This document shows positions 51,901 through 64,000 of a DNA stretch of 64,000 nt, one piece after another. The notes under the pieces are model-generated. The model was given only the letters and a program-made list of their open reading frames with translations. It was not told where the DNA came from and searched no databases. Each line of letters opens with the position of its first letter. Positions within the stretch are counted from its first letter, which is position 1. A program made the position numbers and the translations under genes. Source of the stretch: Eledone cirrhosa (Eukaryota); contig OZ024746.1 in NCBI GenBank assembly GCA_964016885.1, positions 45,198,001-45,262,000 of the forward strand, read 5' to 3'.

Positions 51901-54713
51901 TCTTGAATTGTGGACAGCCTATGCTAGACCTATCTATTTCCCTACAAAATACTCTATCTAGATATGATCTGGATGACCATATGCGATTTGTCCAAGTCCA
52001 CATTGGCACATTCGGGAAATCCAATCGGTACCTGTCAGACAGTTTAAAACGCCTGAGCAGTTTGGTGAGACTCTTGCACCCTCCTCCCCTATCCGCTAAT
52101 CCCACACAATCCCAGCGTGCATCTAAGATCCCGTTCCAGTCGCCCACTAACACTAAAGAGCGGGACGTTCCAAGAAAGGTCTCCAGACGCCGGAAGAAAT
52201 CAGGCCGCCCTGCTCCTGTCGGGGCATAGACGGCCACTAACCTGAAAGCTTGGCCGTCTCCGCTGGTCACGTCCAGCACCACCAACTTACCTTCTGGGTC
52301 CAGGAAGATGGCCCGTATGGCGAGATCCAAACCTCTCCGAAAAAGCACAGCAACTCCTCTCAACGATCCCGGACGGCTGGGAGATGCGTGCACATCGTAG
52401 CCGCTGAAGATCGGTGCGAAGGCCCGTGCTTCGGAGATTCTGGTCTCGCTGATGGCCACTACATCTATGTTTAGTGACCTGAACTGGTTGAGCAAGTGGC
52501 CCTGTTTCCATGACGACCCCAAGCCACGCGCATTTATGCTGCCTATTCTGAGTGAGGTCATGTTGAAATGGAGTGGAAAAGATGGGAAAGACCACTTACC
52601 TTACTTCTCGCAGAGGTAGGACGTTTTCTCCATCCTTTTAACTGCTCGTGGCCTGCTCAGGAAGGATGTTCTTATAAATCCTCATGGAGAGTGCTTGTCG
52701 GAAGTCTCCGATGTCTTTGGGGAATTTTTGTTTTAGTGTCATGTACGTTTTCTGTGTGATGCGAGTGATTTGTATGTGTGGAGGTGGTGTGAAATTATGG
52801 GTTGTTGTGTAGTCTTTTTCTGTGATGCTGGTGTTGTGTTGGATGTAGTGTAATAATTGGTTGTTGTTCAAATTTAATGCTGTGTAGTGTGTATCGTTTT
52901 GGATATTTTGTTTTGTTTGCGTTTGTTGTGGTTTTGTTTCTGTTTCGCTTTTTGGTGACTTTTGTGGTGTAGGTGATGGTGGTGTTGGGGTTAATTATCG
53001 TGATGGTGTTGGTGTTTGGGGTGATGGGGTTGGTGATCCTGGTGTGGATGGTGGCATATCTGTCCTAACTTTTTTGTTTGATAGTTTATTTGTTTCCCTC
53101 TGTATGTTGTTTTTGGAGGGTGAAGGAAGAGAATTTTTTTCATTTTTGGTTTCTTTTTTTCTTTTTTCCTGATACCGTTTCCCACACCTCTTCGTCACAA
53201 TCTGTCTCCAGTTGTGGCCAGGGAGTGGAAAATCCTCCACAGGCGTTGGTTTTGGTTGTGGTGTGGGGGATGGTGTAGGCGCTGGTGCTAGTTCTGGCGC
53301 GTCGGGTGGTGGTGGTGTTGGTTTTGCTACTGTTGCTGGGGTTGTTGCTGTTACAGTTGCTTCTGTTGTTGCTGCTACAGTTGTTGCTGCCATCTCTGAT
53401 GCTGGTGGTGTTGATGGTTGAGTCACTGGGGTGGGTCAGAGAGGTGTGGCCTCAACCTTTTAGCCTGAGGGCAAAAAGCCCTTAGGTGGGTTCCTTCACC
53501 ACAAACGACACACCTAGGCCTTCTGCCCTCGACAATTACGGTGAGGTGGCTGTCGTCAGTGAGGTCTATTACCTCTGGTATCTCCTCAATGCTTTTTTGG
53601 TCCGCTTGGATCAGGAGCTCCATCCCAGATCCGGACCAGTTCCCCTGCTTTTCTTTCGCTATTTCGATTATCTTGGTGTTGGCCTCGATGCCGGCGAGGA
53701 CGGCAGCTATTAGCCAGGGAATCTCGATGGCCGGTGGAACGTGGGTGACCCTGATCTTTACGAGTGTCTGGTCACAATAGCTTGGGACGAGTGTGAAGTC
53801 GTCACTTCTTAATGGGGTCATGGAGTGTTCTCTAGAATCCTGTGGTGTTTCAAAGAACACGTCCACAGTTCCATACTTCTGCCCACGTCTGATGTGGGTT
53901 TTTTTTGCCCACACATGTCCCAAAGCTTTTTGTATTTGGGACTCGGATGCCTGTTCCACTCGGCGCGATTTTATATTAATTGTTCGATAAGACATGGTGC
54001 ATAGGCGCCGACGCTCCATTTTATTAGGCTGACCCTGTACCCATCTTTCTTTACCATTTTTTTGGCTTCTTCTAATTCCTCCTGAGTTACCTGAAATGCC
54101 TCGCACTGTTTTGCTACTCTGGCAAAACTCAGGGTGGTTTTCTTAATGTCATTGTTTCTGTTGTTGTTATCCTTGTTTTTGTTATAATTAATTTTAGTTT
54201 CAGTTGTGGTGGTGGTGGCGTCAGTGGTGTTCGGTGTGGAAGAGTTCATTTATGTTGAATTCATTTCGATATCACGAGTTAATTTATTTTTTCTTTTGTT
54301 TCTGTTGTCGCTGTGGTGGTGGTGTTGGTGGCGGCTTTATCACCTGCAGTCATTGGTAATGGCGGGAAATGAACTTCTGCCTGAGACAAATATTGCTACT
54401 GCTTACATTTCCAGTGTTGGCAAACGTAGCAATATTTACAACGGTGGTGTCGGTGTGAGGGGTTAGATTGTGAGGAAGGAGTGACTCTGAGTCATCCATG
54501 ATTTTTCAAAGACAAATTTTTGTTTGATAATTATAAAAAGTTTAAATTTTGTGCTCAAGGCCCCAATATTTTTGAGTGTCCTTTTCAGAAATCAATGTAT
54601 GTGCACTTATATAGTTAACAATAAAAATTTTCCATAAATGGCAATTTTAAACAACTGAAAATAACAAACCTTTTCCGGAGCTCACGATGATACGATTTAC
54701 TATGTAGGTCGAC
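48974..54713 (-). mobile_element. Tx1 copy F (5' module type 1), full length but multiply frameshifted; AATAAA signal deleted
   Basis: Fragmented ORF1/ORF2. (AAT)n 54714-54756 at the 5' end. 3' end reads gatttcacaagg instead of gatttctttattaaccacaagg. Confidence 0.95.
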
Positions 54714-54756
<43 letters not shown>

Positions 54757-54849
54757 TATGTGTATATGTGTGTGTATATATATATATGTGTGTGTATGTG
54801 TATATATATATATAAATATATATATGTATATATATGTATATATATAAAA

Positions 54850-54934
<85 letters not shown>

Positions 54935-54937
54935 AAA

Positions 54938-55000
<63 letters not shown>

Positions 55001-55189
55001 TACAATATATACATATATATATATATATATGTAAATTATAATCAATGTGGTATGTTAACTTGCTTACCAATGTACACAGTGAATTCATTTGCCCTAGGTG
55101 TCAGGAGGACACTCGGCATATATCAGAAACAATACTGAAGGAAAAGGGAAAACAATAAAAAAAATAATGATAATAATTCGAAGAAAAAG

Positions 55190-55700
55190 GACAAGAACAA
55201 GAACAACAAGCACAACAACTAAGAACAAACAGAGAAAACACTAAACACATGAAAACCCTTACTAAAAATACAGCATTTAATAATCTTAAATGCAAATGGC
55301 AAGAAAAACAACATGATGGGAAGTCAACAATGATAATGTTGACAAAATTCTTACCAATCAGTGCTTAGTGTCCTCTGGCTTAAAATCAGATACAGAAGTG
55401 TTCATCACACATTAACCAAGCCCTCTCTTCGACATGACTGTCCAATTCGATAAAAATGTAATTGTGCAAGCCTACCAAAAATTTAGCAAGTACAAAGATC
55501 TTGGGAGAAAAATTGGCAAAATCTGCAAATTCAAGACTAGAACAATACATATGGTTGTAGGTGCCCCAGGTATAATAGAAAATTGGGCTGATTATTACCT
55601 ATATTAAATCCTGGGAAATTCCCAAATGGAAGAATTACAGAAAATAGTGCTCATAGGGACTATTCATATCCTGCGAAATATACTGCCTATGTACCTCCAA
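55190..55700 (+). pseudogene. Old R4/Dong-clade 3' fragment
   Basis: Peptides VDKILTNQCLVSSGLKSDTE, KFSKYKDL, ELQKIVLIGTIHILRNIL match the C-terminus of copy H. Confidence 0.75.
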
Positions 55701-55967
55701 AACAATCTTGTTTTACAAATTATCAAAAGAACTTGTACTTGTTGCAAATATTTTTATCGTTATTGTTTTCATACTATTAGTTTATTACTAGGAAATTACC
55801 TTTAAACAAGCTTAAAATGTTCTTGTGTGTGAAAGACATTTTCTAGAACGACACCTATCACCGAACTACATATTATTCCAAACCACAAAGAACAGGGAGG
55901 TTATCAACCATCACAGTCATAATACAAATATTTAATTAAAAATAACAGTAATAATAATAACAATAAT

Positions 55968-56880
55968 TGTTTCATATGTCACAAGAACACATTTGAACAG
56001 CAAAGGCACGTTTCAAAACACAAGTAGTAAAAGCAAAAAATGAAACAATGCTTATAATAAAACATAAAAATTAAATGTTCTCAATAATGCGGACAGTTGT
56101 TTATAACTAATCAAAGAAATTCCTGAAACTTGGTTCAATTTGACCACCAATGGCATGTGCCATCTTGCAGCTGTCATCCTCCAACCAACAGGTGAATGCT
56201 CAAGGTAGTCCCATTCACTCCGGCTATACACGAACTTTCACGAACCTTTCAAAATATTTGCTGGAGAGTAGCACACTCGCTTCTGCCCTTTTTCTTCCTT
56301 TCGAACTGATTCTTGAAAATATTGATAGAAGCTTGAGAGAAAGGAAATGTGTGTCCCGTTTGCCTTTTTAATCGCATCCAACACACATCTTCGCCATAGC
56401 AAGCAGACAGAGGTTAACTGCTGTCTTTGTGGTGAAAAAAGGCAGACGAGACTAGCCTCATAAATTCGGTCGATAGCTGTTCAATAAACGCTACAGATCA
56501 TCAAGCTTCAGACGCTAAAACACGTGCGTGCAGAACGGTTCCGAAAGGTAGTTATTTATCCTGACCACCGAGCTGATGTTACAATGCATTGAAGCCTAGC
56601 CTGAGTTGGAGGTTGTCATGAATAGATTTGATCGGGACGGCATTACTCAAAGCTCTCAGCACCACTACCACGTCTGTCACACTGAACTTGGAATTCTGTT
56701 TCTGTTGACAGTTTCAAAAGAAGTCTTCCAAGACAACCACACTCCACAACTTTGCACTCCAAGCTTATCCCTACCCTTTCTTATAAAACTTTCCCTCCTT
56801 TTTAACACGCGAAAAAAATAAAGATAAAGTGTACCTTTCTGCAAAGCTCTAGCCTCTATAAAATGTCTCTAGCATCTAGA
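55968..56880 (-). pseudogene. Old divergent Tx1 3' fragment adjacent to a decayed (AAT)n
   Basis: cccattcactccggc, ttcgccatagc and cgtgcgtgcagaacggtt are colinear with the ORF2 3' end of copies A-G. AAT tract at 55950-55967. Confidence 0.65.
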
Positions 56881-56883
56881 ACT

Positions 56884-56989
56884 GTCTCGGGTTCAATCGG
56901 GGGTAACCAAAATAATATATTAAACTTGATATATATGTATGTGTCTATGTATATATAAGTATATACATATGGTCATACATATGTGTATG

Positions 56990-57023
<34 letters not shown>

Positions 57024-57073
57024 TATATCAAGTTTAATATATTATTTTGGTTACCCCCGATTGAACCCGGGAC
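56884..57073. mobile_element. Small foldback/MITE-like inverted repeat (~60-bp arms, (TA)-rich centre)
   Basis: gtctcgggttcaatcgggggtaaccaaaataatatattaaacttg... is mirrored at 57013-57073. Confidence 0.7.
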
Positions 57074-58072
57074 TCACATATTCATACATACATACATACA
57101 AAATCTAATCGTTTTTTTAATATATTTTCATATGGACTCTACTCTACTATTTTAATATATTTTCATATGGACTCTACCGTCTTTTGTATATTCTATTGTT
57201 AATATTATTGATATTGCTATTACTATCTGGATAACAATTCTTAGTACAAATAATACATAAAGCACCAGAAAATTCAGATCCATAATATCCTGTTATATCG
57301 CTCAAATATTCAATTTTGTATTATAAATGTTATATTCAAAAAAGAAAATGGTTATAAATGGAAGAAAAAACCCTCTCTGTCTACACTATATAGAACAGCC
57401 AAATAACAGCAATTTCACCAACACCAGAAACTAGATACACCACCTATCCCATCACCCCTCTGTGTACACTAAATACAATAGCCAGATAACGGTAAATTTC
57501 ACCACCACCACCACCAATCGCAGCATAATAATAATAATTACTATTATTATTGTCTCAAGTTTTCACAAAATGTTTAATTCCAATATTAAGAAAATATGTC
57601 AACACATATATTAAACATACGCGACAAACCGCAATGATACACAGATCAAACAAACTACAGTCTATTCAACAAAACTCAGTAACGACAACGCCATCGCTAT
57701 AGTCACCGCCGCCACCACCTCATCTATCATTGCTACCACTATCCCATCACCGCCGCCACCACTCCTTCATTGCTACCACCACTATTCCCCCATTACCTTC
57801 TGTTAACTTAAGAAAGGGGAAGGTGGCGGTATCACTAGACAAGGGAGAGGCTAGCAAAAGATATAAATAGATTGACTTAGTTTCCCGGCCACCGGCCAAA
57901 CGTCAACGACTATGGCACTGCTGGCTCCCCCTTCACCCACCAACAATAGAAAAAGCCCCAACACCACCACCGACATAGCCAACAACAATAACAGGCAACC
58001 TCAGCACGCAATGCTCACATTAAGGAACCACTCATGATAATAACAATTTAAAAAAAACAACAAAAAAGAAAA

Positions 58073-61058
58073 CCCCGTGACCAAGAAATACCGGGATGGC
58101 GACCAGCGAGGAATAGCCGTGTCTCTAGGGGAGGACGACCCCTCTAGTCTTGGTTGACACTCGTCCTAGAAGTGGTAACACGAAATGATTACCCCTTGGC
58201 GGATAAGGATAAAACGCAACAAAATAAAGTAAATGTCAAATGATAAAATCTCATACCGGATCGGCCGTCACCCGGGTCAAAAAGGGCCGCGTCCCTCAGA
58301 GAGGAACCAGACTGGGGTCGAAAAATCAGCTAATGGTTCAAACCTTCCCATCACTTTGGAGCTGGAGACCTCCCATAACCGGAATACTCCTACTGTTGGC
58401 CCTCCATGCTCACCACCAAGAAATCAAAAGAAAAAGAGAGAAAAATGGTCAAGGGAAGATAATAAAGAAGTCCTTGAGGCTTTCTACACTGCCATGTACT
58501 ACCCATCAAATACATCGAATAAAGAACAGACATATATCAACTGGAAAAAGAAACATCCCGAAAACAGAGGCTATATTGACAGTAACAAACTAGCCAATAT
58601 ACGAAGAAATATTGTAAAAAAAAGTTACTAACTGATATAGAAATTGATCAGATCAAGCTATTAGCACAAAGTCAGCGAAGGGAAAATGAAACATGTGTCA
58701 GTGAAAACGAGGTAAATTGTAACACTTCAAATCCCAGGGTTGGGGCGGAATCACTGACAACAGAACAAATTAAAGAAAGTATCGAAAAAGTGGAGGGAGT
58801 GCATGCTCAAGATGAAACTCAAAATGAAAACAATGAGATCGTAAATGATAAAGAAATGAATGAGAATGGACTTGACAACTTGAAGGATGAAATTATGATC
58901 GAATGGATGAAAATGAAAGAATCTGACATGGGGGAACGAGACACCCTCCCTAAGATCCAGAACTCCAAACAGAACCAAAAGATAATACACAAGACGAACA
59001 TAATTCTCAAAAACATTATCATCACAAACAAACTAAACATTACTGATTTAAATCATCTCTATTATGCATCGGCTAAAGTCACCACTCACTTATGTGGAGT
59101 GAAAATGAAAAAACAAAGGAATTCCCACAAGAAATCTACTTGGCAAGAGAACATCAATCGCCAAATAAACCGATCTGACATAGAAATGTTAACAAACTAT
59201 AAAGTAGCTGAACATGCTAAACAAACTAAACTTAGAAAATTGAAAAGAAAGTACAGTATAAAATCAACAAGTGACATAGACATGCTGATAGAAATAATCA
59301 AGCAAAAAGTGTCGGCCAAAGCTGCTCGTATAAGGCGCTTTGAAAAACGATCTAGATTCTATAAGGACAATAATATGTTCAAAAACAACCAAAGAAACTT
59401 CTACAGAAAAATTGGTAAGTCAACAATAACTGCTAAATCAATACCACCCAAGGAGGAAGTGCAAGAATTCTGGGAAAAGATCTGGGCCGAAGAAAAAGTT
59501 CATAACATACATGTCCCATGGATAGACAGACAAATGAAAGATACAGCTCACCTTGAGAAACAAATATGGGAAAATATAACAGATGAACAGTTGCGTTTGG
59601 TTCTTAGAAAAACCAGCAAATGGAAATCCCCAGGAACAGACAAAATACAAAATTTTTGGATAAATGCCTTCGCAGAGTCTCATGAGCTGCTAGACCAACT
59701 TTACAGTGGAATAATTAAGGAGCCAGAAAAGATACCATCATGGCTAGTTAACGGCATTAAATTCCAGCTTCCGACGAATGATGAGACAAACAATCCCAAA
59801 AATTACAGACCGATAACTTGCTTGACCACAATGTATAAAATGTTAACATCAGTCCTAACTGAATATACATATGACCACCTGATAACAAATGACCTATTTC
59901 CCATTGAGCAGAAAGGGTGTAAACGAGGCTCATATGGCTGTAAGGATCAGCTTTTGGTTAACAAAAGGATACTGGAAGATTGTCATAATAGACACAAAAA
60001 TCTATCAATTGCTTGGATAGATTATGAAAAAAGCATTAGATAGTTTGCCACACAGTTGGATTGAAAAATGTTTAGAGATTTTCAAAATATCTCCCGTTGT
60101 CTGTCAGGAGGTTTTTGTCATTCAGTATGAAGACATGGAAAATGACACTCCTTTTGAATAGTGAAACAAAATCACTGGAAGCGTGCTAACAATCCTGATG
60201 TTGACAAAACTTTAACCCATCAGTGGTTGGCATCCTCTGGACTGAAATCGGAGGCTAAAGGACTGATTATATCAGCACAAGATCAGTGTCTGCCAACAAA
60301 AAATTACCAACCCAACATAATAAAAAATGGATGCAGCCCATTATGCCGTGTATGTAAAAAAAAACAACCAGAGACCATTGACCATATAATTTCAATGTGC
60401 AGTCCTATAGCTCCAACCGAATACCCAAACAGGCATGACAGAGCTGCACAATACATACATTGGATAATGTGTAAGCATTTTGACCTGCCCCATCATAAGA
60501 ATTGGTGGGAGCATCAACCACCTCCCATACTTGAAAAAGATCACATCTCAATCTTGTGGAACTTTAGCATCCAAACAGACCGAAAAATAGATGCAAATAG
60601 ACATGATATAATACTGAAGGACTTTAAAAAGAAGGTATGCCTGCTAATTGATACGTCCCTTCCAATAGACAAGAATGTATCTATAAAAACATTTGAAAAA
60701 TTGAGCAAGTATAAGGACCTGGAGATAGAAATTGGAAAAATGTGGAAATTGAGAACTAAAACAATGCCAGTGGTTGTAGACGCTCTAGGAATGATACCTA
60801 AGGGGTCTAATGATTACTTATCGCAAATCCCAGGAAACCCGCGTATAGGATAAATACAAAAGATAGTACTAATGGAAACTGCCCATATACTAAGGAAGAT
60901 TCTGTCAATATAAGTACATCACAAGTCTAAACACCTAAAGATGCATGTGTGAGTATATATGTTCTTTCTTGAACATGGTGGACCTTGTTGTCTCTTGAGG
61001 TCACTGGTTGTGACTTGGTCGATAACTCGTATGAACATAAAGCAAGATAAATGCAGCT

Positions 61059-61060
<2 letters not shown>
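58073..61060 (+). mobile_element. R4/Dong-clade copy H (second, divergent family); RT core internally deleted near 60165
   Basis: KWSREDN Myb-like N-terminus, [22 protein letters not shown], then a jump to CRVC...HIISMC, RHD, and RLE motif NRHDII...LID...KYKDLEIE. (TAA)n tail 61060-61089. Confidence 0.9.
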
Positions 61061-61088
<28 letters not shown>

Positions 61089-61090
<2 letters not shown>

Positions 61091-62648
61091 CAACTATAGA
61101 CCTATCACATGTCTGTCCGTAATGTGGAAACTGTTGACAAGCATTGTGTCTGAGGAAATCTACCATCACCTCCACACAAACAACTTGTTACCGGATGAAC
61201 AGAAAGGATGCCGAAAGAAGTCCCGTGGTACAAAGGACCAGATACTTATAGATAAGATGGTAATGAGGAATTGCAAGAGGAGACACACTGGTCTTGCCAT
61301 GGGATGGATAGACTACAAAAAGGCATTTGACATAGTGCCTCATTCTTGGTTCACCAAAGGCCTAGAGATCTTCAAGGTGGCAGATAACATCAGACAGTTG
61401 TTGGGCAAAAGTATGAAGTCCTGGAAAACAGAGTTAACATCAGCTGGAGAATCCTTGGGAGACGTGTAGATCAAGAGAGGTATCTTCCAGGGAGATAGTC
61501 TGTCTCCTCTGTTGTTTGTCCTTGCCCTGATGCCCCTGACCATTATACTGCGAAACGTGAGAGCAGGATACAAGTTGGGAAAGGGAGAGCTTACCATCAA
61601 TCACCTCCTCTTCATGGACGATCTTAAGCTCTTCGGGAAGAGTGAGAAGGAGTTGGATGTGCGTGTTGACACTTCGTATTTTCAACAATGATATATGTAT
61701 GTAATTTGGTATTAGTAAGTGCGGGGTCCTTGTGATGTAGAGGGGTAAATTGAGCAGAAGCAACGGAATCCAGGTACCAACAGGTGAGATGATAAAGGAA
61801 ATTGAAAAGAGCAGCCTTCATGAAAAATCCCTTCATAGTACCTTCTTTGAGAGAACTGAATTCAGAGATCCACAGAAATCGAACTGGTTGAAAAGAGGAG
61901 ACCTTAAAAAGGCTACAGAAGGAATGTTAATGGCTGCGCAAGAGCAGGTCCTCAAAACGAAGTGCTTGAAACACCATATTTACAAGGAGGAGGCTAGCCA
62001 ATGTGCAGGATCTGTGGAGAGAGAGAGAGGAAACTTTGGCTCCCATTGTATCCGAGTGTAAACACCTAGCCCAGACTCACTATAAGGGCTGGAGACATGA
62101 TGTCATGGGCAGGGTGATCCACTGGCACCTATGCAAAGTAAACAATTTACCACATTCTGAGAAGTGGTATGAGCATAAGCCAGAGTCGGTGTTAGAAAAC
62201 GATCAGGTGAAGCTGCTGTGGGGTTTCAGGATACAGACGGACAAGGGAACACAATAGACCTGACCTGGTGGTTTTGGACAAGGAAAAAAGATCGTGCCTG
62301 ATTGTGGATGTCGCCTTCCCATTCGACACGAGAGTGCAAGAGAAGGAGAGGGAGAAAATTAACCGATACCAGGACTTAAAGTGGGAGGTAAAAAGGATTT
62401 TGAACTGCCATGAAGTCAAAGTGGTCCCGATTGTCATAGGCGCACTAGGTACTATCTCAAAAAGTTTCCAGGTATGGTTAAAGAAATTGGCCCCGCCACG
62501 CTTTTTGGAACGCTTGAAAAGGCATGCTTGCTGGGAACAGCAAGAACCCTCCGATACGTCCTGAATATCTGAGGTTGCAGGTAGTGGCTTGATATTCATT
62601 TCAACAAACTTTCCAGTTAACTAACATCAATGACTGAGACTCAAAGAG
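61089..62648 (+). mobile_element. 5'-truncated Dong copy I (same family as B) inserted in the (TAA)n tail of H
   Basis: Starts at accaactatagacc (= B 29764). Retains FMDD and RHD. Internal ~470-bp deletion at ~61805. Same 3' end as B. Confidence 0.92.
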
Positions 62649-62676
62649 TAATAACAACAATAATAATAATAATAAT

Positions 62677-64000
62677 GATTTCTTTATTGGCCACAAGGGC
62701 TGGTACACAAGGGCCACAAGGGCTGGTACACAAGGGCCACAGGACGGTACGATGTGGATTTTGTGCGTGTAAATATTTTTATTATTTATATAAGAAAAGA
62801 AAAAAAAAGGACACAGAAACATATATATATATATATATATATATAAACAATAAAAATGAAAATTGAAACAATGAAAAATTCCCCAATAGGGGAGAAACCT
62901 CCGAGGGTTACTCGTGGCGAAAACCACACAAAAGACCACGGCCACCCTGCCCACCAGGGCAAGAAGCCTCTCTCAATTTTTCCATCTCTCAAACTACAGA
63001 CGTATATTCAGAGTGGTCCCGTTCACTCGGAGCATTCTCGCTACATTCACCCACCTTTCACCAAACTTGCTAGAAGGCAGAAAAAGATAATTAGGAATTC
63101 GCCGAAGAGGGAAGTGTCTGTCTTTAACCCTTTTAACCTTGTCCACCACACAATCTCTTTCGCCATGGCAACCAGGCAGATGAAAACCGCCTGCCCTTCC
63201 TCCTCGAAGGAAGACGGCGAGACCATCTGCACAATGGACTCAGTCGACAACCGGATCAGTCCCACACGCGACAGCAACTGTTCGACATAGCTCCACAAGT
63301 CAGCCATGCTCGGGCACTGAACGAGTGCGTGCACGACGGTTTCGTCGCTCTGCGTGCATCTCGGACAGGCTCGGCTGACGGCACTTCCGTGCCTGTAGAG
63401 CTTATCTCGAACCGGCAGCGCTCTCCGGTAGCACTGCCAGGCCAGGGATTTTTGGACGTTATCCATAGGCCCCGGGCTGAAAGTTCTCCGGAAGAGAGAA
63501 AACAGCTGATCTTCTTCGACGCCCAGGATCTCTCCGAGAATGTCGTCGCTCTTCCCATCCAATAGTCCTCTATAGAACGCCGAGGTGGATGTTCCACCGT
63601 TACTGGTGCCCAGCTGGCAGAGGGCAGTGAGCGCCTGGAGACATTCCAGTTTCCAAGCGCTATGCCTCGATCTTTTTCTGACCAAGGGCTGCAGCTCGGT
63701 CAAGGAGACGAGCTGTGGGAAAACGTGCCTGGCGAACGACGACCACACCTGTTTACCATCAAGGAAGTACCAGAGATGTCGCAGCCTCAGCGCATGTTTG
63801 CGCATCATCAGCCATGGCATGCCTAGTCCTCCACGCAACGGGTGTTGACAGCAGATGGATCGTCTGACCATGGGAGCGCGTCCCTTCTACAAAAAGCGGA
63901 AGAGGAGGCACTCCATTTTGGTGAGAGTTGGACTGGAGCAAGGGACGACGGTGAGGCTGTAGCAGATGACGGATGCGATGTACGCATTCGCCACCTCCGC
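62677..64000 (-). mobile_element. Tx1 copy G (more divergent subfamily), 3' part; continues beyond the window; inserted in the tail of Dong copy I
   Basis: ORF 63047-63871 is homologous to the ORF2 C-terminus. 3' end AATAAAGAAATC(ATT)n. 23-bp tandem duplication at 62691-62740. Confidence 0.93.

Noticed and set aside
23623-54466. Recurrent plus-strand ORFs (e.g. 169 aa MTDAMYALATS…, 237 aa at 41966) repeated in each Tx1 copy
   Set aside because: Antisense shadows of GC-rich ORF1/ORF2; they recur only because the copies are nearly identical.

Overview
AT-rich metazoan DNA saturated with (TA)n/(TG)n microsatellites. The repeat style suggests a cephalopod such as Octopus, but that is inference. 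No host gene can be supported. The window has two zones. (1) About 1-22 kb: short elements embedded in (TA)n, arranged as palindromes or partial tandem repeats. At least six sequence-unrelated families carry minimal type-I hammerhead ribozymes with palindromic stem III, the signature of Penelope-like element pseudo-LTRs and retrozymes. One family has a compensatory U3-A8 core. An RTE fossil and a Penelope ORF fossil are also present. (2) About 22-64 kb: a nested cluster of non-LTR retrotransposons around (AAT)n tracts. There are six recognisable Tx1/L1-clade copies plus one old fossil, all on the minus strand; most abut (AAT)n. R4/Dong-clade restriction-like-endonuclease elements are all on the plus strand and end in (TAA)n tails, which Tx1 and Dong copies have then invaded. 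The Tx1 family comes in two versions with nearly identical ORF2/3'UTR but different 5'UTR+ORF1 modules. The swap boundary coincides with a conserved long hairpin spanning the ORF1 stop codon. No copy is fully intact.
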